This document shows, piece by piece, positions 10,934 to 20,280 of a stretch of 64,000 nucleotides of DNA. Position 1 is the stretch's first letter, and each line of letters opens with the position of its first letter. The notes beneath the pieces are model-generated. The model searched no databases, was not told where the DNA came from, and worked only from the letters and a program-made list of their open reading frames with translations. The stretch is from Nitrospinota bacterium (GTDB taxonomy: Bacteria; Nitrospinota_A; UBA7883; JACRGQ01), in NCBI GenBank assembly GCA_016217735.1, contig JACRGQ010000059.1, forward strand, positions 5,208 through 69,207, read 5' to 3'. Position numbers and translations under genes: made by a program.

Positions 10934-12318
10934 TTTTGCAATGCTTTCAATTCGATTTCAATCCAGTCTTGAGCTTTTTTCTCCGTTTTTTCAATTGCCA
11001 TTTCAACACCCTGCTTGGCGATACGAAGAAGATTTTTTGACAACGCTTTGGTGGCATACATTTTCGAGATTTTATTTTTAATATTTTCCTGAATGCTTAA
11101 GGACAATTCCGGCAGAATAATGCGCTTAAACTCATCATCGCTTATGGCCGCTAAGATTGTGCCTGAACATCCCTTCTTAAGCTGTAATTGCCCAACCACC
11201 GACTTGAGCAAAACAAGCAAGGTCTGGGAATTAATTCCATCTGATTTGATAACAAAGAAGCCCGTTGAACATAAAGCATTATCTAAATCATCCGCAATTA
11301 GGGCGATACTTGAAAGCGACCCCTCAATTGTCGAAACAATAACATCCCCGGAATTGACTTTACGTCTTGCCCGGGTTGGTAATTCTTTGCCTTGCGCCTC
11401 AATGAATCCATTAATGTTTCCGTTGGTAGATATGTTCGCAAGCTCGATATATTGATAGAGTTCATCATCCTTCGGCTGGAAATTTTTATCCTTAATCCTA
11501 ACAATTTCGCCCAAAGGTTTATAACCCTTTTTGTATTGTTTGATGCGGTGGACCACATCCTCATACATCGGCTGAAAATATTCAGCGTCGAGGCGATTGC
11601 TAGATTGAGCACTCGAAAAATTCTTGATAAAAGAAAGACGATGTCTCGGCTTCCAGCTTAAGAAACCAAGCTCGGCAATTAATGCGTTTTCTGCTTCTAT
11701 ATAAATTGCGTTAGCGGATTCCTGCTTTTTGTAAGCGGCGTAGACTATTTCCTCTATCATAGATTGAATAGTAGGAGCCAAAACAGGAATCTGGATGTCT
11801 CGGAATTTTGCAGGACTAAAATTCGACTGATTGCTAATCATCAAATTTTTTTCTATCTGTGCCCTGCCAACTCTGCAATTTAAATAAACAACCAATGTCG
11901 CAGAATTAATTATTTTTCTCTTGGGACGAACGCGAAATAGATATGATGCAAACGCATAATCATAATCTTTGGGAACTAGGGCTGATTTTCCAACCAACTT
12001 TGGATTGCCATTTGTCCGACAAATTAGAACATCGCCTTTTTTTAAAATTAAATTCCCATATGTTTCAGCATTGATTTTGTCGCAAAACTTTTCTGGCCTT
12101 TTTATAAACATACCGTCATATTCATTTAACCTCAGAATGGGGTAGCCGTTCCCGATTTCGTTAAGTTCTTCGGATGTGCCATATTGTACAAAATCAACGG
12201 CATCCTCTCCCGTTACAAAACTAGAATCAATTTGAGATTTATGACAATAATACTCTGCCTCTAATCTCCAGATTTTATGCCTCTTTATTTCTGAAAATGT
12301 AACTATTGCAAGCCTCAT
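10930..12318 (-). CDS. hsdS: type I restriction-modification specificity subunit HsdS, two target-recognition domains
   Basis: Two TRD halves and the conserved central/terminal helices. The ATG at 12318 overlaps the hsdM TGA (ATGA), indicating translational coupling. Visibly AT-rich. Confidence 0.8.
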   Translation of the reverse strand: MRLAIVTFSEIKRHKIWRLEAEYYCHKSQIDSSFVTGEDAVDFVQYGTSEELNEIGNGYPILRLNEYDGMFIKRPEKFCDKINAETYGNLILKKGDVLICRTNGNPKLVGKSALVPKDYDYAFASYLFRVRPKRKIINSATLVVYLNCRVGRAQIEKNLMISNQSNFSPAKFRDIQIPVLAPTIQSMIEEIVYAAYKKQESANAIYIEAENALIAELGFLSWKPRHRLSFIKNFSSAQSSNRLDAEYFQPMYEDVVHRIKQYKKGYKPLGEIVRIKDKNFQPKDDELYQYIELANISTNGNINGFIEAQGKELPTRARRKVNSGDVIVSTIEGSLSSIALIADDLDNALCSTGFFVIKSDGINSQTLLVLLKSVVGQLQLKKGCSGTILAAISDDEFKRIILPELSLSIQENIKNKISKMYATKALSKNLLRIAKQGVEMAIEKTEKKAQDWIEIELKALQK

Positions 12319-14379
12319 GCTCCATTCTTCCAAAAGCTCAAATCTTCCTTTTTCGCCCACTTAATAAATGCTTCCGCAATGCCGTCAGGCAATTCACTAC
12401 CATGATTGTGCAGATCATGGTCAACGATAAGATGGCCATATTTATCTAGCTTGGGCCCCCCCCCCAGAACCATTTTTGACATAAATATATTCGCCTGAAT
12501 TATTCTTGCCGGATTTTTCTGAAACACCAAAAAAAATGGGGTAATCGTCCTTTTTAGGGCACAGTTTATCGTCCCATTTTTGTAAAAATAGGACGCTTGT
12601 CTTTGTACCCGTGTGTGGTTTAAAAGTATTTACATGGAGTCCCACAACGGCCAAAATGCAGGCTTTTTCGGCTATGTATTTCCGGATTTCTTTGTCAGAG
12701 GAGTTATTAAATCGTCCTTGCGGCAACACAATTGCCAAACGTCCGCCGGGTTTAATAAAGTCAAGGTTGCGCTCGATAAAAAGAATGTCGCGCCCAACCT
12801 TTGATTTTGGCTTGTTGTTATTGTTATAGCCTAGTTCGTATTTATGAATGATGCGGGATTCTTTAATGTCCCCAGCAAATGGCGGATTTGCCATAAGGAT
12901 ATCGAAGTCAAACTCCTTATACGAGTTGGGCTCTTTCTTAAGGTCTTCCAAGCGCCTGAAACCGTTACCATAGGTATCGCGCCACTCAAGATTAGTAACT
13001 GTTTCATTCCAACGATCATAATCGAGCGTGTTGAGGTGAAGAACGTTTGTTTCCCCATCACCGGCAATAAGATTCAATGTACGCGCCACACGAACAACCT
13101 TTTCATCAAAATCAATGCCAAAGACCTTAAGAACGTCCTCTTTTTCTTCCTGCGAGATTTCAGTGTTTTCAAAGAGGTGTCCAGTAAGCTGAAAAATCGT
13201 GTGAACAGTAAAGCCGCATGATCCAGAGGCGGTATCAATCATATATTCTCCGGGCTTTGGATTTAGCATCTTCACGCACATGTCTATCACGTGCCGAGGC
13301 GTGAAATACTGGCCTTTTTCCCCTTTGGAGGACTTGCTGACCAGATATTCAAATGCTTCGTCTATAACCTGAAGATTGGAGTTGAAAAGCTTAACGTCTT
13401 GAAGGCTTGATACACAGACAGAGAGATGAGAGGGGGAAAGTTCGATCTTGCTTTCTTCAGGGAATACGCCGTGCCATTTCCTTTTTGCCTCATCAAATAA
13501 CCTCTGAATCTTCGACTTTAATTCACCTTCGGATTGTCCGGTATTCCTGAACTCAAGTACCCGGAAATCGCTTGTGTCTACATTTTTCAAAATCGCTTTT
13601 ACTTTTTCAAAATCGCCAATTTCTTCAACTTTCAGTTTACGTTTAATTGTTCGATCTATCATGACCTTGTCATCTTTACTTTTTGTTTCGTCGTGCAATT
13701 TTGTGAAGATAAGTTTAAAGACTTCTTCAAAGACGTCTACGCCCGCGTTAGCAAGGACTTCGTCTTCCATTTCTGTGATGATTGTCTTCAGGGATTTGCC
13801 TTCATTTGGAATTTTGTCCCTGACGATGAGGTCGCGCCATGTGAAACGTTCTTTTAAAATGTCCTCCAGAGTCTGGTCGGCTTTTGGAATATCGGTTATG
13901 TCTTCAAAGAAATTGGGGTCTTTGCGGTTGTAATGGGAAATTTGCCCGCCATTTGTCCAAACGCCGATCGGGGCGCCAGTCGCGTTGCAATATGACTTAA
14001 GCTGGCCCTTCCCATCCTTGAGTTTCGGCTTTTTGACTTCAACGATAATGTATTCAACGGTTGGCCTATCCTTATCAAAGATAATAATATCCGCCGATTT
14101 TGTTTCTCTTCCAAACTGAACAGGATGCTCAAAACGTATTCGTTTTTTTGGATATCCGTATTCATTTATGAGTCTTGCGGTAAAAAGCTGACGGACAATT
14201 TCTTCAGGCTTAAGTTGGATTAGCTTTTCACGGATAATACATTTTACGTAAGGTTTGCTTTTTTCGATCGCAATTTTTTTTTCTAGGATTTTTATATCCT
14301 CGCCTGAGAAAAGGGAAAGATTGTAGTTTGAATCTTTTAGAATCGAGTCGAGCGTAGCACGATTTTTTTCATTTATCAT
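12315..14379 (-). pseudogene. hsdM: type I R-M N6-adenine methyltransferase HsdM, frameshifted at a G10 tract. Phase-variable or inactivated.
   Basis: Contains the NPPF motif and AdoMet-binding blocks. The reading frame stops at 12442. The C-terminal 45 aa continue in another frame (ORF 12315-12530) directly after poly-C at 12456-12465. A tract of 9 G restores one ORF of about 688 aa. Confidence 0.8.
12456..12465. repeat. homopolymeric C10 on the + strand (G10 on the hsdM coding strand)
   Basis: Read directly: TTGGG-CCCCCCCCCC-AGAAC. Confidence 0.9.
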
Positions 14380-14403
14380 TTTGGCTACCTTTTTTATTCC
14401 AGA

Positions 14404-14817
14404 TCAATCAATCACATCCAAGGGCAAGCTTGAGCGCACCAGATGCCTCACTTTGCGGGCCAAATCAACGGCCTCTTCCGCTTCAACTCGGGTTATCGGC
14501 TCCCATTCACCGGGATAACGGGTTTCGATCGAATACCGGTTCAATGTCTGCAAAGGGAGTTCGTGGGGATTCATGCATCCCGCTTTTATCGCCAGATTCT
14601 TAAGTAAGATCAGATCATGCGTCTTGGGAAAATCCAGTGCGTTAAAAGCAAGAAGGCCCTTTAAATATTTTTCGGCGCATTGTTGGGCGTGGAAACAAAC
14701 GGTATCGAATGGACAATCGTCTTTCAGCGTTAGTGTATGTTCCGCCGTCCGGAGGTCATGCTCGGCCTTCTCAATCCACTGTCGAACAAGCCTTCCCTTG
14801 TCAGGCGGCGCGTTCAT
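14404..14817 (-). CDS. HEPN-domain protein (toxin partner of the MNT)
   Basis: IETRYPGEW HEPN signature. The internal ATG at 14817 overlaps the MNT gene by 17 nt. Confidence 0.7.
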   Translation of the reverse strand: MNAPPDKGRLVRQWIEKAEHDLRTAEHTLTLKDDCPFDTVCFHAQQCAEKYLKGLLAFNALDFPKTHDLILLKNLAIKAGCMNPHELPLQTLNRYSIETRYPGEWEPITRVEAEEAVDLARKVRHLVRSSLPLDVID

Positions 14818-15121
14818 ACAGGACTTTTCCCTCCTTGAGCGCGGGATAAATGATTGAGCCGGCAACATCACGGTATTTCTCAGCCTCTTCCGGCGTGACC
14901 ACAATCACATCCAGCGGCAACGTGCGATCCGCCAGGGCTAAATCGATCTCCGCCGTTTTTTTTCGCTTTGACCCCTCAACCCGCATGATCACCAACAGAT
15001 CCACGTCGCTATCCCTGCCAGGCGTTCCTTTGGCGTATGATCCGAAAAGGACGATCTTTTCGGGATGAAAGCGCTTTACAATCACTTCCGCCATTTTGCC
15101 TATGGCTTCCTGATCCGTCAT
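14801..15121 (-). CDS. minimal nucleotidyltransferase (MNT, Pol-beta superfamily) antitoxin partner
   Basis: The block LFGSYAKGTPGRDSDVDLLV carries the GS...DxD motif of the Pol-beta nucleotidyltransferase fold. Confidence 0.75.
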   Translation of the reverse strand: MTDQEAIGKMAEVIVKRFHPEKIVLFGSYAKGTPGRDSDVDLLVIMRVEGSKRKKTAEIDLALADRTLPLDVIVVTPEEAEKYRDVAGSIIYPALKEGKVLYERAA

Positions 15122-15180
15122 TCCATAACTCCCGCTGTTCGTTTTGGGCGCACTTGATACGTTGATTATAATACCTTAAA

Positions 15181-16047
15181 TCACTTTTCCAGCTTTCCCC
15201 TAAATTCGTTCGCCCGCTGAAGCATCCGCATAAGCGCCTCGCGGTCATGTGAGCGGATGGCGTTTTCGATGTCCACAAGATTGCCGCGCATGGCGGATGA
15301 AAGCTCCAGCATCTTCGGCCCGTTCGCCAGCGCGATATCGGCCCACATCTCCGCCGGGCTGGCGGCGATACGGGTGGTATCTTTAAAACCACCGGCGGCG
15401 AAATCCAGCAGTTTTTCCCCACCTTCAAGTTGGCTTACCGTGTTCACCAACGCATAGACCACAAGGTGCGGCAGGTGGCTCACCGCCCCCATAACGGTAT
15501 CGTGCGTGACGGGATCCATCTGTACGGTCTTCATCCCGGCTCCGCGCCAGAATGCCGTCAGCTTTTCCAACGGTTCCGCGGGGGTGTTGGGCGTGGGAGT
15601 GACGATGCATTTGTGGTTCTCAAAAAGCGTTTCAAACGACGACGCGGCCCCCGATTTTTCGGTGCCGGCTATCGGGTGCGAACCGATGAAGACGAACCGC
15701 CCGGCGGCGATTTTCTCTCCCCGCTCCACGATCTCTTTTTTTGTGGAGCCGCCATCGGTCACCAACGCCCCCTTTTTTATGTGGGGGGCGATGGCTTCGA
15801 GGGTGGGGATTATGGAGAGGACTGGCGGGCAGAGCACGATGAAATCGGCTTCCTTTACCGCCTCGGCCGCCGGGAGCGCGGCATCGATGATGCCAAGTTC
15901 GAGGGCGGCCTTTAAATTTGCCTCGCCCCGTCCCGCGCCGATTACCCGCTTGGCCATGCCGCGGTTCTTCAATACACGGGCTATCGAACCGCCGATAAGC
16001 CCGACGCCGATGATGACAGCGGTATCAAAAAAAGGTTTTTTATTCAT
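15181..16047 (-). CDS. tyrA: prephenate/arogenate dehydrogenase
   Basis: Rossmann motif VIIGVGLIGGS plus the TyrA catalytic blocks (GSHPIAG, HD..MA..SHLPH). Confidence 0.85.
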   Translation of the reverse strand: MNKKPFFDTAVIIGVGLIGGSIARVLKNRGMAKRVIGAGRGEANLKAALELGIIDAALPAAEAVKEADFIVLCPPVLSIIPTLEAIAPHIKKGALVTDGGSTKKEIVERGEKIAAGRFVFIGSHPIAGTEKSGAASSFETLFENHKCIVTPTPNTPAEPLEKLTAFWRGAGMKTVQMDPVTHDTVMGAVSHLPHLVVYALVNTVSQLEGGEKLLDFAAGGFKDTTRIAASPAEMWADIALANGPKMLELSSAMRGNLVDIENAIRSHDREALMRMLQRANEFRGKLEK

Positions 16048-16392
16048 GTTCCGGTTTTCGCAATAGCATGAGTTTACCCGCTTATAGCATTGAAAATCAA
16101 CTATTTTTAGAAAAAGGCGGATGCGGAGGAAAAGAAATGGCATGCTAACGCATCTGCATTATAAACAATGCGTTACGCGAAAACAAAAGACTATGTTTTC
16201 CCATGATTACGGCGAATTTCATCGATGCCGTGTGCATCTATTTGTATGTAAAGGCATTAATGTTGTGGGAGGCTGTGGGTGGCTTCCGCCCCCTTCGCCC
16301 CCACATTTTATTGACAGAATGTTAAGTTAGTGTTACTATCATTTCTACAATATCTTACGTGTCAATTCACGATTCCAGAGAGGTGGCAGCAA

Positions 16393-16896
16393 TTGGAAGA
16401 GAAAGAATTTTCGGAGCTTAAGAGAGGCGCGCGCGTTGTTTATCCCGCGCATGGCGTGGGGATTATCGAGAAGATCGAGAAAATAAAAACGAACGGCGCG
16501 GCGGTTCAATTTTATACGATCAGAATCGACGAGTCAGGCATGACGATCCGCGTTCCTTCTTCGCGCGCCCAGCAGGTCGGCATCCGCAACGTGATGTCCG
16601 AAGGGGAAGTGCGCAAGGTGCTTAAGCTGTTGCGCGAAAAAGGAAAAGTGGTTAACGGCGTGAACTGGCACAAACGGCAAAAAAGCTACATCGACCGGAT
16701 AAAATCCGGCTCGGTAATCGAGTTGGCGGAGATACTGCGGGAACTCACCCTCATTCAAGCCAAGAAAGAGCTCTCGTTCGGCGAGCAGCGGATGTACGAC
16801 AACGTCCGGCAGCTCATGGTGGTGGAAATCGCGGAAGCGAAGGGAATCCAGAAGGATGCCGCCGCCAAGTTGCTCGATAAAGCGTTTACCGCCTGA
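16393..16896 (+). CDS. CarD/CdnL-family transcriptional regulator
   Basis: GARVVYPAHGVGIIEKIE Tudor-like RNAP-interacting domain. TTG start at 16393 follows a GAGAGG RBS. The longer ORF from 16330 lacks an RBS. Confidence 0.7.
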   Translation: MEEKEFSELKRGARVVYPAHGVGIIEKIEKIKTNGAAVQFYTIRIDESGMTIRVPSSRAQQVGIRNVMSEGEVRKVLKLLREKGKVVNGVNWHKRQKSYIDRIKSGSVIELAEILRELTLIQAKKELSFGEQRMYDNVRQLMVVEIAEAKGIQKDAAAKLLDKAFTA

Positions 16897-16927
16897 TACC
16901 AGCCGAGGCCGAGGGTAAGGCGCCCCC

Positions 16928-17974
16928 ATGTTGACGTTCCGCCTGCTCTTCATCCTCGTCGGGGCCGTGCTGGGCGGTTTTATAGGCCACTTGGGGGCCA
17001 GCGGCGTTTATTACACCCTGCGGCTCCTATCCATCTCCGAAGGGGCGCTTTTCGGCGCTGTTATCGCCGCGCTGGCGGTGGCCGCCGAGATGAAACTCCG
17101 CACGTTGAAACTCCGCTCCATCGCCGGCGCGGTATTCGGCATTTTCACGGCGCTCATCCTGGCGAACCTCCTCACCTACGCGCTGACCGGCCTTTCGCTC
17201 ACCCCTTCCACCGGAAACCGCATTCTCATTCTGATGGTGAACCTCACCGCCGCGTTTATCGGCGCCTCCGTCGGCCTGCGCATCATCGAGGAGGTGGATC
17301 TCACCATCATCAGCAAGATCATCCGGGGGAAATCGGATTTCGGCCTTTTGCCGAAAGTGCTCGACACCAGCGTGCTTATTGACGGCCGGATCGCCGACGT
17401 GGCGGAGACCGGTTTTATGGATGGAACCATCGTGGTTCCCGCCTTTGTGCTGGCCGAACTGCACCACATCGCCGACTCGCCGGACGACCTGAAAAAAACC
17501 CGCGGCCGCCGCGGCATCGAAGTGGTGCATCGCCTCCAGCAAAATGCGCTGTTCGACGTGCGGATAGTGGAAGAGGATTTTCCCCGCATAAAAGAGGTGG
17601 ACCACAAGCTGATAGAACTGTGCAAGAAGATTGACGGCAAGATCGTCACCAACGATTTCAACCTGAATAAACTGGCCGAGCTGCACGGCGTCGGCGTGGT
17701 GAACATCAACCTGCTTGCCACCTCCACGCGGCCGTTGCTGCTGCCGGGGGAAGAGCTTCCCTCCATGCTGGTGGTGAAGGAAGGCAAGGAACCGGGCCAG
17801 GGACTCGCCTATCTGGAAGACGGCACGATGGTGGTCGTGGATAACGCCCGGAAGCGGATCGGCCAGAAGGTGAACGTGCAGGTAACCTCCGTGCTGCAAA
17901 CCCCCACCGGACGGATGATCTTCGCGAAATTCATTTCGGAACCCGGCGCACCGGCCGTTGCCGAGAGGGAGTGA
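16928..17974 (+). CDS. PIN/TRAM-domain membrane protein (YacL-like)
   Basis: Four N-terminal TM helices, a PIN domain (LDTSVLIDGRI..), and a C-terminal TRAM-like beta domain. Sits upstream of ispD, as yacL does in Firmicutes. Confidence 0.75.
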   Translation: MLTFRLLFILVGAVLGGFIGHLGASGVYYTLRLLSISEGALFGAVIAALAVAAEMKLRTLKLRSIAGAVFGIFTALILANLLTYALTGLSLTPSTGNRILILMVNLTAAFIGASVGLRIIEEVDLTIISKIIRGKSDFGLLPKVLDTSVLIDGRIADVAETGFMDGTIVVPAFVLAELHHIADSPDDLKKTRGRRGIEVVHRLQQNALFDVRIVEEDFPRIKEVDHKLIELCKKIDGKIVTNDFNLNKLAELHGVGVVNINLLATSTRPLLLPGEELPSMLVVKEGKEPGQGLAYLEDGTMVVVDNARKRIGQKVNVQVTSVLQTPTGRMIFAKFISEPGAPAVAERE

Positions 17975-17981
17975 ACCGGCC

Positions 17982-18695
17982 GTGGGCGGCTCCCCCGTTG
18001 CGGCGGTAATCCCCGCCGCCGGATCCGGCAGCCGCATGGCCGCCGCCGTTCCCAAGCAGTTCATGGAGCTGAACGGGCATCCCCTGCTTGACTGGACGCT
18101 TGCCGCCATCGCGCGAGCGGATGAGATCGGATCGATCATTCTCGTGGTGCCGCCCGGCGATTTGCCGCACATGGCCGAAAAATATGTGGGGAATCCCCGC
18201 TGGCCGAAGGTGGCCCGCGCCGTCGCCGGCGGAGCCACACGCGCCGAATCGGTTTATAACGGCGTGCGGGCCGCCGGCGCCGAATGGATACTGGCGCACG
18301 ACGCGGCGCGCCCGTTCGTCACCCCCGCGCTGGTGCGCCGCACCGTCGAAGCCGCGTTGCGGCATGGCGCCGCCACCGCCGCGCTTCCCGCGCACGATAC
18401 GCTGAAAACGCGCGACGGCGATTTTTTGGGGGAAACGCTCGACCGCGCCGCGGTTTTGCACATACAGACGCCGCAGGTATTCCGCGCGGCGGATCTCCTC
18501 GCCGCGCACGAAAAGCTGCGGCATGAAGGAAAGGAATGGACCGACGAGACCTCCTTGCTGCAACAGGCGGGGATAAAGGTTGCGTGGGTGCCGGGCGAAG
18601 CGGCGAATATGAAGATAACCACGCCGGATGATTTCCGGCTGGCGCAAGTAATGGCGGAGCGGAGCCCTTTTGTGAAGGGCCCCGCCCGCGTATAG
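17982..18695 (+). CDS. ispD: 2-C-methyl-D-erythritol 4-phosphate cytidylyltransferase
   Basis: AVIPAAGSGSRM motif. GTG at 17982 follows a GAGGGAG RBS just after the upstream stop. Confidence 0.85.
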   Translation: MGGSPVAAVIPAAGSGSRMAAAVPKQFMELNGHPLLDWTLAAIARADEIGSIILVVPPGDLPHMAEKYVGNPRWPKVARAVAGGATRAESVYNGVRAAGAEWILAHDAARPFVTPALVRRTVEAALRHGAATAALPAHDTLKTRDGDFLGETLDRAAVLHIQTPQVFRAADLLAAHEKLRHEGKEWTDETSLLQQAGIKVAWVPGEAANMKITTPDDFRLAQVMAERSPFVKGPARV

Positions 18696-18764
18696 AAAGC
18701 CTCCTTGTTTAAGGCGCGCCGTTACGCGCCCCGCTTTCGCGGGGCGCGGTCTGCATCCGTAAAA

Positions 18765-19616
18765 TCAGCCAAGCAACTGCAACACGGTCTGCGGCACCAG
18801 GTTCGCCTGCGCCAAAATCGAGGTCGAAGCCTGCACCAGTATCTGGTTCCGGGTGAACTTCGAGATTTCCGTCGCGTAGTCCGCGTCGCGGATCTGCGAT
18901 TCGGCGGCGGTCAGGTTTTCCGCCGATACCGACAGGTTGGCCAGCGTATGCACCAGCCGGTTCTGCACGGCGCCGAGGCGGCCGCGGCCGTCCGTCACCT
19001 TTGTGATGGCGCTGTCGATATTCGCCAGCGAGTTCAAAGCGGACTGCGCGGTGAGCACGTTGGTGTTTTGCACCGCCAGGCCGGTGGTGGTGATGGCGGT
19101 CAGGTCGACCGCGGTGTTCAGGCTGAGCCGGTCGTTGCTGGTCGCGCGGATGCCGACCTGGATAACCACCGAAGAGGTGGCGGCGGAACTGAGCGATCCG
19201 TCAACCAGTTTTTGGCCGTTGAATTCCGTCACCGCCGAGATACGGTCGATTTCCGACTTGAGAGCCTGGAATTCGCGGTCTATCGTTCTGCGTTCGGTGC
19301 TGCCGACGGTGCCGGTGGCCGCCTGCGAGGCCAGTTCGCGCATACGCACGAGGATCGAGGACTGCTCTGAGAGCGCCCCTTCCGCCGTGTTGATGAGGCT
19401 GATGCCGTCATTGCCGTTGCGGGTAGCCTGGTTGAGCGAGCGGATCTGCGACCGCAGCCCTTCGGATATGGATAACCCGGCCGCGTCGTCCGCCGCCTTG
19501 TTTATCCGCAAACCGGAAGAGAGTTTTTCGAGCGAACTGCCCAACGCCGAGCTGTTCGTCGCCAAATTTCTTTGGGCATTAACCGAGAAAAGGTTGTTAT
19601 AAACACGTAAAGCCAT
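18765..19616 (-). CDS. fliC: flagellin, short form (283 aa)
   Basis: Conserved flagellin N-terminal block (ALRVYNNLFSVNAQRNL..LSSGLRIN.A.DDAAG) and C-terminal block (LGA.QNRL....NL.....NL..A.S.I.D.D.A.E....). The ATG is preceded by AAGGAGG. Confidence 0.85.
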   Translation of the reverse strand: MALRVYNNLFSVNAQRNLATNSSALGSSLEKLSSGLRINKAADDAAGLSISEGLRSQIRSLNQATRNGNDGISLINTAEGALSEQSSILVRMRELASQAATGTVGSTERRTIDREFQALKSEIDRISAVTEFNGQKLVDGSLSSAATSSVVIQVGIRATSNDRLSLNTAVDLTAITTTGLAVQNTNVLTAQSALNSLANIDSAITKVTDGRGRLGAVQNRLVHTLANLSVSAENLTAAESQIRDADYATEISKFTRNQILVQASTSILAQANLVPQTVLQLLG

Positions 19617-20280
19617 GATCGTATCCTCCTTGAAGAATCGGCTTCCTTGCCATGCCACCGCGGAACTTCCGCGTTCCGCCGAAAATCGGCGGCCGGACGC
19701 GCGTGGCGGCGCGCCCGCATCCCCAGCCACCCCAGCCGGGAATGTAGTGAAACGGTTTCAAAGGCTGTTGCTGGTCGGATTCCTCCTTTGGGGGCGAAGT
19801 CTTTGCGGACCCCACCCGGTTCCCACGTTTAAGATTTGCCAAGATAATCAGCGGTTCGCGCGGTGAGGTTTTTTGGAGAACGGACGGAGGAGAGGTGTAT
19901 CCGTTGATGGTTGTCACCCATCGGCGGAACACCGTACCCCCGGCGTTCTTGCCTTTGAAACCCTACGTTGCGAAACGCCAAATTTTTACCCCTTGGCGCT
20001 TCTCTACTTTTATCTAGATAACTTATCGACCCGGCAAAAAATTCCCATTACCCCTTTTTGGGGGTATTGGGGAAAAGCGTGCAGGAACTAAAGTTTTGCT
20101 TTTTTCAGCCGGGGGTGGGGGTGGGATTTCATTTCCCCGGCAGGATAGGCAACTTGTCCGCCTGTTGGCGCCACGCGCCAAGAAAGGCCGGCCTGCCGAT
20201 ATCACGCAGCCTGCGTGACCTGCCGGAAAAGGATTATAAATAAACGACGATAAAGTGCTTCTTAGTTCGCACAATCCTAC

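Noticed and set aside
12315-12530. Separate 71-aa ORF upstream of hsdS
   Set aside because: It is the displaced C-terminus of hsdM; it becomes in-frame with a single G deletion in the G10 tract.
17027-18647. 403-aa and 238-aa minus-strand ORFs over yacL-like/ispD
   Set aside because: Antisense of two genes with strong family motifs.
19617-19720. Canonical sigma-28 (TAAA-N15-GCCGATAA) or sigma-54 (GG-N10-GC) promoter for flagellin
   Set aside because: Only partial matches (GCCGATTC, TGGCATGGCAAGGAAGC) with wrong spacing. Not reported as a feature.
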